Origin: Chromera velia
Lineage: Eukaryota
Assembly: GCA_018398765.1 (NCBI GenBank)
Contig: JAHBMJ010000088.1
Span: 1 to 56,465, forward strand
DNA length: 56,465 bases
Direction: 5' to 3'
Under the pieces are notes generated by a model that saw only the letters and a list, made by a program, of their open reading frames with translations, was not told where the DNA came from and made no database searches. Below, in pieces: positions 45,860-56,465 of this stretch (positions within the stretch are counted from its first letter, which is position 1; the number at the start of each line of letters is the position of its first letter). A program made the position numbers and the translations under genes.

Positions 45860-47542
45860 GTGGAATATAAGTTTTTGCCTCCTTCCCCCATGTCGGGCGG
45901 GGCTGTTTCCCTCTGTACGGTAGATAGGACGTCAATACCTGTGTGCAGCCCCTCTTCCGCTAGAGGTGGGAGGAATTTATTCTCTCGGAAAAGTGAAAGG
46001 GTTCTCCTCTTCCTCCTCCTAATTGCACTCTGGACATGTGCATATGTTATAGTCCTCCTTGTGAAGGAGGGTGTGGGCTTGGAGGCCTGTGGGGCATTGT
46101 TAGCGGACGAGAGGGAGAAGGGGAAAGAAAGGGAGAAGGAGCTGGCCGTCTGTCGACGGATGCTTAGCTTACACACAGTGGCGGCTGAGAGGGAAAGGAG
46201 AATTTTAAAGAGAGGAGAGGAAGAATACGAAGGGGCCGGTCTTCTTTAATCTGGACCCTAAGGAGGAGGCAGAGGCCAAGAGGAAGCAGCTGAAAGAGAA
46301 AGAGACACTAGAAAGGAAACAAAAGAAGAAGAGGAAGGTAGCAAAGGAGGAGAGAAGGACAAAAGAACAAGAGGAATCCCGGTCACGGGGCCTGAATCTA
46401 GTAACAGTGGCCGAATTGGACCGCTCTGCACTAAGTCTTGCCGGTCTTTGTCCTCTCAAACTAAAACGAAGAGACCGTAACGCATCAGAATGCATCAGAC
46501 ACCCAACAGCTACCTGGCGGAGCTGCTAGTGGGGGTGGGAGTAGTGGTCGGGCGACTCGGGCCCTTGATGGGGTCTCCAGCACTGCCAGTCGAGGTGCTG
46601 CCCCCGCAGTGATGATAGAGGAGCCCGAGGAAAAGGAGGGGGGCATGGGTTTGATGAAGTGGCCAGACAATCGTCAGTGGGCGTCTCCAGATAAAAAGGT
46701 CTGCATATCAGATGTTTTGTATGGTTTTGTGTTTCCTAATCCTGACATAACCCTTCTTGTTATTCTTTTCTCTGAAAGTGAACAGCTCTCCTTTTCTTTT
46801 GAGTTTTATTAAGCATTTCCCTGCTACCCGCTTAAGCTGTATTGCTGCTGTTCATATGGCCTTCCTTCATTATGATTGCACTCTGTTAATCGCAGTTTGT
46901 TGGTAGTTGGCAGTCAAGCCATTCAAAGGTTGCGCTCAATTTGTCTCTCAGCTCTGTGTCTCAAACAGCCTGTCTTGCAGTAAAACATCTACGCATACAT
47001 GTACTACTTCGTTTCAAATTGATCAATCAATGTTTCAACTCTAATAAGTTCATTTATAATTTCTTCCTTGAGGCAGCAATGCCATATCTGGAGTCTTTTC
47101 TTTTCTTGCTCTCCTGTCACTGACAAGCATCCCTTGCAGGCCCGGGGGCATACCCATATCTTGCTGAAGGTGTACTTAATTGATAATTTTGTTTTGTTGG
47201 ACGTCCTAGTGTTTTTTTGTGTTGCAGGTCCGGAGTCCCTACCGTCTGAGATAGGTTCGAACCCGGAGGTCGCCAGAAGAAATTGGTGCGGACATGTTTT
47301 TAACATAGTGGCATAAACAAGATATTATGCTAATCCTGCGACGGGCAGTTGTCTCCATTGCTCTGGCGGATGAGTTTAGACTGAAGGAGCGGGAGCAAGT
47401 GAATCGCGGCCTCGAGGGTTTCCCATTTTTCCCTGAACTTGAGGAGTGGCAGGGGATGGTAGAGAAAAGTTTCACCCTTCTTTCCCACACATGCAGGTTG
47501 CGCGACACGCTGTCAGATGCTGTCAGAAAGGAACGACAGTAA
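45860..47542 (+). pseudogene. Intron-containing pseudogene of unknown function (charged/low-complexity)
   Basis: Phase-0 GT-AG intron 46699-47227 joins WASPDKK to VRSPYRLR*VRT...FLT*WHKQDIMLILRR (in frame with ORF 47327..47542). Internal TAGs at 47252 and 47306. Confidence 0.45.
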
Positions 47543-47639
47543 ACCAAATCACAGTAAAGAATTCAGCGGCTGGCTCACGTTCCTTTACGTTTTTTTCATT
47601 CATTGTATGCGTGTATTTCCTAGGTGTGTTTCTGCTTAC

Positions 47640-48610
47640 CTCTTTGAACGCAGCCCTAGATGCGGCCTTTCAGAGACACGGACAGAAACATAGAGAAGAA
47701 AATGTATGTGCTGAGCCTCGACCATGCCTCGACCTGTATCCCTTCCCAGAGCTTCCCGGGTCAACTTCATACACTCAGATACTGACCGTGCCCGTAGTGA
47801 GGGTGCAGTAAGAGGTCCCTGGTATCACGTATATCATATTCGTCGGAGTAGCATGCACGTGCACCTACCCCTGTCTGTAAGGGGGCTACAGGGGTTGTCC
47901 TCAGCTGCACATGCGACTTCTCAGGCAGCAGGCGCCCTCTGAGTGCGGTCTGGAGTCTAAAAACGAATGGCCCCCTCACAGGCTATCGGAAAAGTCCCTC
48001 CCCCTGCCATTTTGTTTCCACTTACCAGTGTGTCTCACTCGATTAGAGTACTGTTAATTCCGCTAATAAGCTCAACTTTAGCCCACGCAGGCAGTCTGGC
48101 TGCCCGACAGTTCTCGTGGGTTAACAACTCTCGGTATGTGTCTCTAACATACTCTGTATTTAAGTTATCGGGCCATAATACACTGATGATGGTGATCACT
48201 CTCCGTTTTTTGGTCTTTTCAGCCTTTGTGAACTCTCTAAAATAACATACTCCGCAAGACACACTCCGATTTTAGGTCGTCGGCTCTGAACTCTCCGGAA
48301 GTTGGTGACTTACGACAGTTTTTGAATGAAACTGTGAACCAGAGTGTTGTTGGCTTACCAGAAGCTAGTCCGCCATCTACGTCAGCAATCTCTGTCTCGC
48401 CGCCGGCGTTAGCAAGCTCTGTCTCAATAAGTGGGGTGCCAGCACCGTCTCTGCTTCGATGATGAATCTCTTCAAGCATCGTAGATCATACGGGGGGTTC
48501 CAGCACCATCTCTGCCCGCTCTAGATTTTCACGCTGCTGTGAACTTTCAAGCTGACTGAGACGCTTGATTCTCTGCAGAAGGAGGCAACCGCATGACTCT
48601 AAAAGCTCAT
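47640..48610 (-). pseudogene. Possible decayed coding sequence, unidentified
   Basis: Adjacent protein-like ORFs 48237..48479 and 48035..48262 broken by stops and a frameshift; no recognised motif. Confidence 0.25.
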
Positions 48611-50194
48611 TGAGTCAGTCGCTCTGTATTTTTCCCCTTTTTTTTGTTTTCTTTTTAAGCGTGGTCATTTTCTGAAATCTTCCTTATTTTTTCTATTTAA
48701 AAAACTATAATTTCCTTTGATTTGACCATGTTTGACGGCATGTCCTGCACAACCATTTCCTGTCAAATACAAAACCGTTAAAAAATGGCCTCAAAATCAA
48801 AAAATTTGTATGGCAGCCTATATTTCTAGAAATGATATAAAAAATCTGTTCTATAGTTCTTTTTCTATCATTACAATGTTTTTTAACACAAAGTTTCAGC
48901 TTCTAACTCCTTACTAATTACAAGAACGAGTTTTTTGCAGAAAAGCGCCGGTTTCCTATATATGCAGAAGGGGGGGCAAAAAGCACCCTACTCGCCCTTG
49001 GCATGCGTTGCTTTTCTGTATAAAAAAAACTAGGATCCAAGCTGTATCTGTCCATAGGTTTATCTATGCTCTGTTTGTAATGGCTGTCTTTGTCGGTCTT
49101 TGCTCCTTTCACCACGATAATGATTGTCGTGCCTGCCTGTGTACAGCACTTATGTAGATTTATGTACCTACCCGCTTGCAGCTCGGAGTCTGTGTCTGCT
49201 CATGGGAAAGGAAAACAATGCATGAGATCTGTTGCTTTGATTTTGGTCTGATGCATCAGTTTTGTTTACTTGGCCCTCCTTCTGTGCAATCGTCTGAGTC
49301 TGCAGTGGCCTTAAAGCTCTCGGACTTGACACAAAAGAGTCAGTTTTTCTCTGTCTCTCTTTCTCTTCCTGTTTGTCTTCCTTTCCTCTTCCTATTGTGT
49401 GTAGGCACGGGGNNNGCGGAGAGAAGATTAATCAGTCTCTGAAAGGCGGCCGTAGAGTTTCCAGAGGATTCTGCTTTGCCTTTCCCGGCCTTTCTTGGTT
49501 CCTTTTTTTTTTGCCGCATATGCATGCACCTTACAAATTTATTTAATTCACTCCCATTTGCTTTTCTCCCATGCATGAAGCGCATTCATTCTCCTTTTCT
49601 GTCTTAGACTAACTGTGTATCTGCGTGGAACAAAAGCCCTAAAAGCTAGGGTGCGGTTAACTTTCTGTTCGTTTGTAAGCTCTTCTTTGATTCCTCTTCT
49701 CATACATCTTTCGCCTTTTCCACCTTATTCTCCTTGTACATGCAGAGTTTGATATGAAAAACAGATGCGACACCTCCTGTCAGGCTCTTGAAGGTGGATG
49801 AATGGGACCAGGGCATGGGGAGCAGTAGCAGGAGGGGTAGGGGGTTGAGGGGGGTGATTTTCGGCATTCAGCTTATCGTTCCCTGCATTATAGACGATTG
49901 TAGAAGGAGGGATAGTCGTGCATCTCTGGAGATATCCAGATGACTGCGGAAGATACGAGGCACATGGTTGGTGTTCTTTCGTCTGCCTTCGGGGGGAGTT
50001 GAAGTTGTGGAGGTGTGTGGGCACCTCCCTGGAGGTATGAGTGTTGATGCGGCCGCTCCTTTCGACCTGGATGAGTGGGCAGAGAGTGAAAAAGAAGACG
50101 TAGGGGGGAGGTTTGGGGTGTGAGAGGGCTCAAACAGTCTTAATTCGAGAAGGTGCGACTCCCGTTCCACTAGCATCAGCAAGGAGGCTAAGCC

Positions 50195-50868
50195 CTTTGA
50201 AGGGATGGTCACAGATGTAGAAGATCTGTCTGTCCTCTATTTCTAGGGACACAGATAGCTAGGGGTGCTGCATGGGGGGGGNGGGGGGGGGGGGTAGAGA
50301 GAGACAGGGAGAGGGGCTTCCGTTGATGCATTGACTTTGAAGGGACGGTCACAGATGTAGGAGATTTGTTTGTCTCCTGTTTGTATAAATACAGACAGCT
50401 AGGGGCGCTGCATGGGGGGGAGGGACAGAGAGAGACAGGGAGCTAAAGGGGCTTCCTTCTATACGTTGACTTTAAAGGATGGTCACAGACGCAAGAGATC
50501 TGTCCGTCCCCTATTTCTAGGGATACAGACAGCTAGGGGTGCTGCGCAGGGGGCGGGGGGGGGCAGAGAGAGATAGGGAGAGGGGTTTCCTTCCATGCGT
50601 TGACTTTGAAGGGACAGTCACAGACGCAAAAGATCTGTCTGTCCCCTATTTCCAGGAACACAGACAGCTAGGGGTGCTGTGTGGGGAGGGGGGGGGGCAG
50701 AGAGAGACAGGGAGCTAGAGGGGCTTCCTTCCATGCGTTGACTTTGAAGGATGGTCACAGATGCAGGAGATCTGTCCGTCTCCTGTTTCCATGGATACAA
50801 ACAGCTAGGCGTACTGCGTGGGGGGGGAGGACAGAGAGAGATAGAGAGAGGGGCTTCCTTCCATGCGT
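50195..50868. repeat. Tandem array of five ~135-bp units containing long G-tracts
   Basis: Units start CTTTRAAGG at 50195, 50335, 50470, 50604 and 50742. Confidence 0.92.
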
Positions 50869-52689
50869 AATCCCAATCTTGGTCGGGGATTCTTCACCCG
50901 ATAGCTAAGTAGAGTCCGTCGTTGGAGGACGGAGGGGAGAAGGCTGAATGCCGGGGCCCTTGGGAGAAGAAGGCCCATGGCAGTGATGGAACACTGTCAG
51001 GCCCCGGCGGGGGCTGTGAGGGACGACCGGGAACTTCAAGCAAGAGGGGCTCTCACGCATTAGCAGGAGGAGTGAAAGAAGAGGCGAATATGAAGTCTGG
51101 TATGCTCCCTACATATCCTCCCCCTTCCAGAAGTAGAGTCATAATCAGTCACCACTAGCAGTCGCCAACACAGGGGCTGAGAAACTAGGGGGCAGCGGGG
51201 AGGGCAAAAAGATTGTAAAGGCCCCCATCATATTAATCGGGAGCAGTAGCAGTAGCAGCGGCAGCTGGAGGAGTGAGAGGGGGTATGAGCAGAAAGTCCG
51301 GTATGTCATGCACTGTTCAATTCAATTCTCACCTTCCAAAAGTAGAGAAATATTCCTAGATAGTGTGGGCGATGGGAATGGATTGCAGGGGCATGGGGAG
51401 TAGTAGTAGAAGAAAAGGGGGGGGGTCAAGGATTTTTTTTTTAGCGTTTAGCTTGTCGTTTCTACTTCACCCTGTTAGGTTCTACTTCTCTTCAATCCTG
51501 TGACAGTCACATTCCTAGTCCACATCCGTGTACCCTGACAGAGGGTGCTTTCCCCTTTTGTCTAATGTAACCGACAAGGTTCTTCCTCTTTGAGCCGTTT
51601 TCTTCATCAGCACTCAATCGGTTGACCAGTACTTGCACCAGGATTTGGCGTAAACACCGGGAAGGATCGATTGTGGAGGGGGATCACGAGATCCTATCTT
51701 TCTGCCTGCTAGCGTCCCCCTTTTCATCGCGTCTCTTTGATGTCTCAGCTCTTATGCAGACCTCCTAAGGCTGCTGTATGTGGCTGGCGTTCCCCACGGT
51801 TGCCAAAGAACTTTACACTATAGTTTGGCTGCATGAAAGTACACTACATTATAAATCATATTGTAGTGTATTTTGAGCGGCCTGCGCCGCCATATTAAAG
51901 CATATTTTACTAGGTTGGGCAGGCCGCCTGCCGCTTGCAGCACACCACCGCATACCACCTTTTATTGTAAACTTTGAATAAGTTTTTGCTTACTGTTTAT
52001 TGATATTTTTATAAGTTTCTATTAAATGGCAAGAACTCGGACCCTATGCTTCGACAGTCTGGTAATGGGGCTACGAATTTGTAGCTCGCCCTAGCTATTC
52101 TTGAAGGTGATAACGTCAACGTCGACTTGATAGGAATTAGACTTTAGTTCAAAAATTAGAACATATTAGGTTATCGTTGAGCTGCTTGCACTTTCTTTTT
52201 AGGTCAATCATAAGTTGAAGCGTATAATTGAGTCATGGTTAGCCTGTAGACGGTCACCTTTAAGCTGCCTGAAGTTTGTTTATATATGGGTCTCTAGCCC
52301 CGTTTAACTTACTGTACTATTGAATAATAAGGTCTGAGAATGATGTCCTTGGTTTCAAGTGAAAGCAAGACTAAACTATTATAGTTATAGTACAGTTAAA
52401 CTATAAAATGCTTATATAGATACTTATATATTTCCAACTTACCACTTTAAGGAAATGGACAGGCGGGCATGGCACGGGGAGGGGAAAGAAAAAGGGGGAA
52501 AGTTTGCCCACAAATGGTGACAAACTTTTTTAAAGCCCCAGTGTTATATCATAAAAACTGGCATACGGTCATTTTCAAACTACATTAGTGAAATATCGTA
52601 AAACACTACAACATAGTTTGCTCTAGGCTTGGCTACAAAACAATGGAATACACCGTAATACACCGTAATACAATATTTTTTCGCAACCG

Positions 52690-53137
52690 TGGCGTTCTTT
52701 AATTAGTTTTCGATTGCCCTTCTTGTAATATTTAGCTCCTATGCAGACCTCCCAAGGCTGTTGTGTATGGCTGGCGTTCCCTAATTAGTTTTCGATTGCC
52801 CTTCTTGTAATGCTTAGCTCCTATACAGACTGCCCAAGGCTGCTGTATGTGGCTGGCGTTCCCTGATTGGTTTTCGATTACCCTTATTGTAAATTAAATG
52901 TTTAGTTCCTATGCAGACCTCCGAAGGCTGCTGTATGTGGCTGGCATTCCTTGATTAGTTTTCGATTGCCTTTCTTGTAAATTAAATGCTTAGCTCCTAT
53001 ACAGACCTCCGAAGGCTGCTCTGTCACACTGTGTGGCTGGCATTCTCTGATTGGTTTTTGATAGCCCTTCTTGTATTGTTTAGCTCCTATATATGCATGC
53101 AGACCTCCCAAGGCTGCTGTGTGTAGCTGGCGCTCCC
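52690..53137. repeat. Tandem array of ~5.5 units of 82-96 bp, with an orphan half-unit at about 51746-51794
   Basis: GGCRYTC anchors at 52691, 52773, 52855, 52943, 53039 and 53129; core TAGCTCCTATGCAGACCTCCCAAGGCTGCTGTATGTGGCTGGCGTTCC. Confidence 0.92.
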
Positions 53138-54348
53138 AAACAAGAAGCCGATCAATTGATCAAACTGGGAAAAATGTTCACTACTTTCAGATCCTTCTCA
53201 CTTCGAGGCCCTTACCCCTAGCTGTCGAGCAGGTCCTCCCCCTTTACCCTATTGCTGCTAGCACCCCTGCTCTAAGCCTTCCTCCCCCCTCAGCACTCAC
53301 TCTTCATACTTAATTCTCCCCTGGTGGCTCACTTGGAGGCACTCGCTGACTGTCTTGTGCTGGGCCGCCTGCTCGATAATCTCCTCAGGGGGACCTCCGC
53401 TCTCACTACTGGCTCCTCCCTCCCCACTGCCGACACGAATGTGATCTCTACAAAATCACCGTGACACTGTGCACATCTGGCTGGTTGACCTAATTGTCTC
53501 TCCTCTTTACATGTTCCCGGCCTTTTTTTGTAAATTTAAATATTGAGGGCCTGTTGTGCATCTCCGGCTGCTTGTCCCCGTGCAGATTGAATTGATCGAT
53601 ACCCAAGGGTACATGAGGGTATCTCGGAATTCCTCTGGGCTGAAAAGGAGGCGTGTCGCTTGCCTGGCTTACGTTCCCTGAATGGGTTGCACGTTCTTTT
53701 TTTATATAAATTTATATTTAAATAGTATAGCGTCCGAGCTTTATGCAGACCAAGCTGGCGGCCCTTGATCTATTCGAAAGAATAAGGAGTTAAAACTGAC
53801 TGTACTGACAATTGAAACTTTTGTACTAGAAAGTGACTTTAAAAAATTTAGTTTTTAAAACATTAAAATAGATAGTTTAACCTTTAAACTAATTGATTTT
53901 CATAATTTATTTAAGACTATTTAAGCTTAGTAAGATGTTTAAAAAATGAAATAAAAAAATGTATATATAGAGTATATATTTTTTCAAAACCATAAATTGT
54001 CTGGTACCTATCATCGTAAATTAACGCTAAGACGAAAACACAATAAAAAATGTATCTGAATGGCTCTGAATCGATCTGATTGAAGCATTTCTTCTCATGA
54101 TCATAACTCTTTTATTTTCAATTCATATGAGGCACTGCTCAACGGCGGGCGTGTCAGGGGCAGGGGGGGGGGAGGGGGGGANNNNNNNNNNNNNCATCTC
54201 AGTATATATCAAACATGCACACCTGTGAACACTACTTACAGAAATATGTGCACACAAATAGAAAGTCAGTCAAATCGCCAGAATACACATAAAAGCATGC
54301 ATGCAAACACAACCTGTATCTTTAATTTGTATCAGAATGATACATGAA

Positions 54349-55082
54349 AGCAGGAAGACTGAAATTGGGAAAGCAATCGGACGGGCAAGAAGGCCGAAAT
54401 CGGAAAGGCAATCAAGCGGGTAGGAAGGCCGAAATTGGAAGGCAGTCAGGCTGCCAAGAAGACCGAAATTAGAAGGCAGGCATGTAGGCAGAAAGAACGA
54501 ACTCTGAGAGGAAGTCAGACACATAAGAAGGCCGAACTTGGGAAGACAGTCGGGCCAGCAGGAAGAACAAAATTGGGAAGGCCATCGGGCAAGCAGAATA
54601 ACCGAAATTAGGAAGCGTTAGGAGGAAACTTGGGCAGGAAGGAAGGCCAAATAGGGAAGGCAATCAAGCAGGCAGGAAAGCCGAAATTGGGAAGGCAACT
54701 GGATAGGCAAGAAGGCCGAAATTGCAAAGTCAGTCAGGCAGATAGAAAGGCCGAAATTTAAAAAGCATTGAGGCAGACAGAAAGACCAAAATTTGGAGGG
54801 CAGTCAGGCAAGCAAGAAGGCCGAAATGGGAAAGCAGTCAGCATGGCAGGAATACAAAACTCTGGAAGGCAGTCAAGCAGGCAAGAAGGCCGAAATTGGG
54901 AAGGCAATCGGGCAGGCAGGAAGACCGAAATTGGGAGCGTAGCGAAGGCCGAAATTAGGAAGGCAATAGAGTGGGCGGAAATGCTGAAATTAGGAAGGCA
55001 TTTAGCCAGACAGAAAGGCCGAAAGCTAGAGAGCAGTCAAGCAGGCAAGAATGGCGAAATTTCGGAGGTAGTCAGGCAGGTA
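54349..55082. repeat. 35-bp purine-rich minisatellite, ~20 degenerate copies
   Basis: Consensus about GAAGGCCGAAATTGGGAAGGCAATCGGGCAGGCAG, head-to-tail without spacers. Confidence 0.9.
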
Positions 55083-55168
55083 GAAAAAAACACAGGCTTG
55101 GCATGTAGGGGCGCTGCTCCCTTTCGCAGTTTAAAGACTGCGGCCTTAACGAAAATGCAAAGACCTAC

Positions 55169-56079
55169 CTCTGGAGGAGTTGAAGAAAGCCTGGGGCCCA
55201 GAACAAACATCTCCCAAATGAGACCAACGACCTGCAAAGAGCAGAGAAGGGGGGAAGGGGTAAGCAACACACGTAAAAGGAGACGGCAGTTTTTTGCCTT
55301 GCCAAGGGCAGACCGGTCAGTCGCTCAGCAACCAGAATAGCCAGGTTGCAACCATACAGAAACACTTACAGACATCATACAAAGCCTTCTGCATGCACCA
55401 CGAAAGCTCATCTCTGCAAACAAGATTTTTTTAATTCCCTCACTGGGAGGGGGGGGTGGACCCTCTCACAGGGATACAAAGCGGCGGAATTTCGTACCCC
55501 TGGTGGAGGGGGGGGGTCCGACCTCCTCTGCAGGTTTGCGTCCAAAATGTGTCTAGGAGTGTTTCCACGTGGCAGACAGCGAGAACAAATGCGATCGGAT
55601 AACATTACGGACGAATAGATCGGATGCAGATGCACCGGAGAGAGGAGCATACGTTACAATCATTATATGATCAATCCGAGTTGATTTCAATACAGCCATC
55701 TGGCGTGAGGACTCCCTTTCGTCCGACCGTTTCTCATCGTTTCTTGCATGAAGAAAGCTTGTGTAAGAAGTCATCATTACAACGAATACACGAATCATGC
55801 ACACACAGTTTGTCGTCATCTCACCCGACAGACAATGCACCATACTCTCCTTGTGGGTTAAATGAGAGCAGACGCAAGAAGCCAAAAAGAGAGCTTTTGG
55901 TTACTGTTAGGGCATAACGAGCGAGAGCGGAGGGCATAACGAGCGAGAGCAGAGAAGGAAAGGCGTAAAGGGGGGAGTAAGATCAGAAAGAAAGGCGTAG
56001 GGAGGAGAAAAGCAGGTGCGTAGATAGGAGCACTTACACATGCGCAACTCACCGATGACCATGCACATCTATCCACCTT
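55169..56079 (-). CDS. Three candidate micro-exons of an unidentified gene entering from the right edge
   Basis: AG/GT-bounded segments 56079-56053 (27 nt), 55413-55370 (44 nt) and 55231-55169 (63 nt) have strong donors (GTGAGT, GTAAGT, GTAGGT). They splice into the open frame RWIDVHGHRDELSWCMQKALYDVCRWSHLGDVCSGPQAFFNSSR. Confidence 0.45.
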
Positions 56080-56104
56080 CTGAGGCAGAATGGAGGGAGT
56101 GAAA

Positions 56105-56223
56105 AACGCATACGCACACAGACACGCATACAGACATACATACGCATACATACTATATACATGCACACACATACATACGCACACATACACACATACATAC
56201 ACACACACATACAAACACATACA

Positions 56224-56266
<43 letters not shown>

Positions 56267-56354
56267 ACACACACACGCACGCACGCACACACACACACGA
56301 CATACACACACACATATACACACATACATACACAACAGCATACACACACACGAG

Positions 56355-56388
<34 letters not shown>

Positions 56389-56412
56389 GTGCGCACGCTG
56401 ACACACCCATGT

Positions 56413-56452
<40 letters not shown>

Positions 56453-56465
56453 ACACACACACACA
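56105..56465. repeat. Compound (CA)n/(GA)n microsatellite, probably intronic
   Basis: Directly visible; same style as MARCH6 introns. Confidence 0.9.

Noticed and set aside
44947..47542. TAA/TAG reassigned to Gln (ciliate-like code), suggested by stops at Gln-like positions
   Set aside because: USP14 ends in TAA and MARCH6 in TAG just after their conserved C-termini, and about 4000 codons of these genes have no internal TAR; mutation explains the stops.
52690..53137. CRISPR or coding repeat
   Set aside because: Whole units are homologous, lengths are mostly not multiples of three, and frames contain stops.
54349..55082. CRISPR-like array (35-bp period)
   Set aside because: Units are degenerate and head-to-tail with no unique spacers, no cas genes, and the context is eukaryotic.

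Overview
Eukaryotic, intron-rich genomic DNA. Composition (TGCATGCA motifs, CA/GA microsatellite introns, Ser/Glu/Gly low-complexity exons) suggests a chromerid/apicomplexan-relative alveolate such as Chromera; this is inference. A ~20 kb gene island holds two head-to-head ubiquitin-system genes about 1 kb apart. One is a giant 14-exon MARCH6/DOA10-type RING-CH E3 ligase (minus, 10956-26124, ~3411 aa by manual splicing). The other is a 4-exon USP14/Ubp6 deubiquitinase (plus, 27140-30131, 565 aa). Both flanks are decayed repeat DNA: two non-LTR retrotransposon remnants, a hAT-type MITE with an 8-bp TSD, a second inverted-repeat element, a chromodomain Ty3/gypsy element, a full-length Ty1/copia element with a 5-bp TSD (possibly nested in a solo LTR), several pseudogenes and three minisatellite arrays. 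The most striking signal is the mutation spectrum. Of 37 substitutions counted by eye between paired LTRs, 36 are C/T or G/A transitions, with CpA/TpG as frequent as CpG. Catalytic residues and Gln/Arg codons of TEs and neighbouring pseudogenes appear lost by the same changes. This resembles fungal repeat-induced point mutation (RIP) in what appears to be a non-fungal protist. All alignments and counts were done manually and need computational confirmation.
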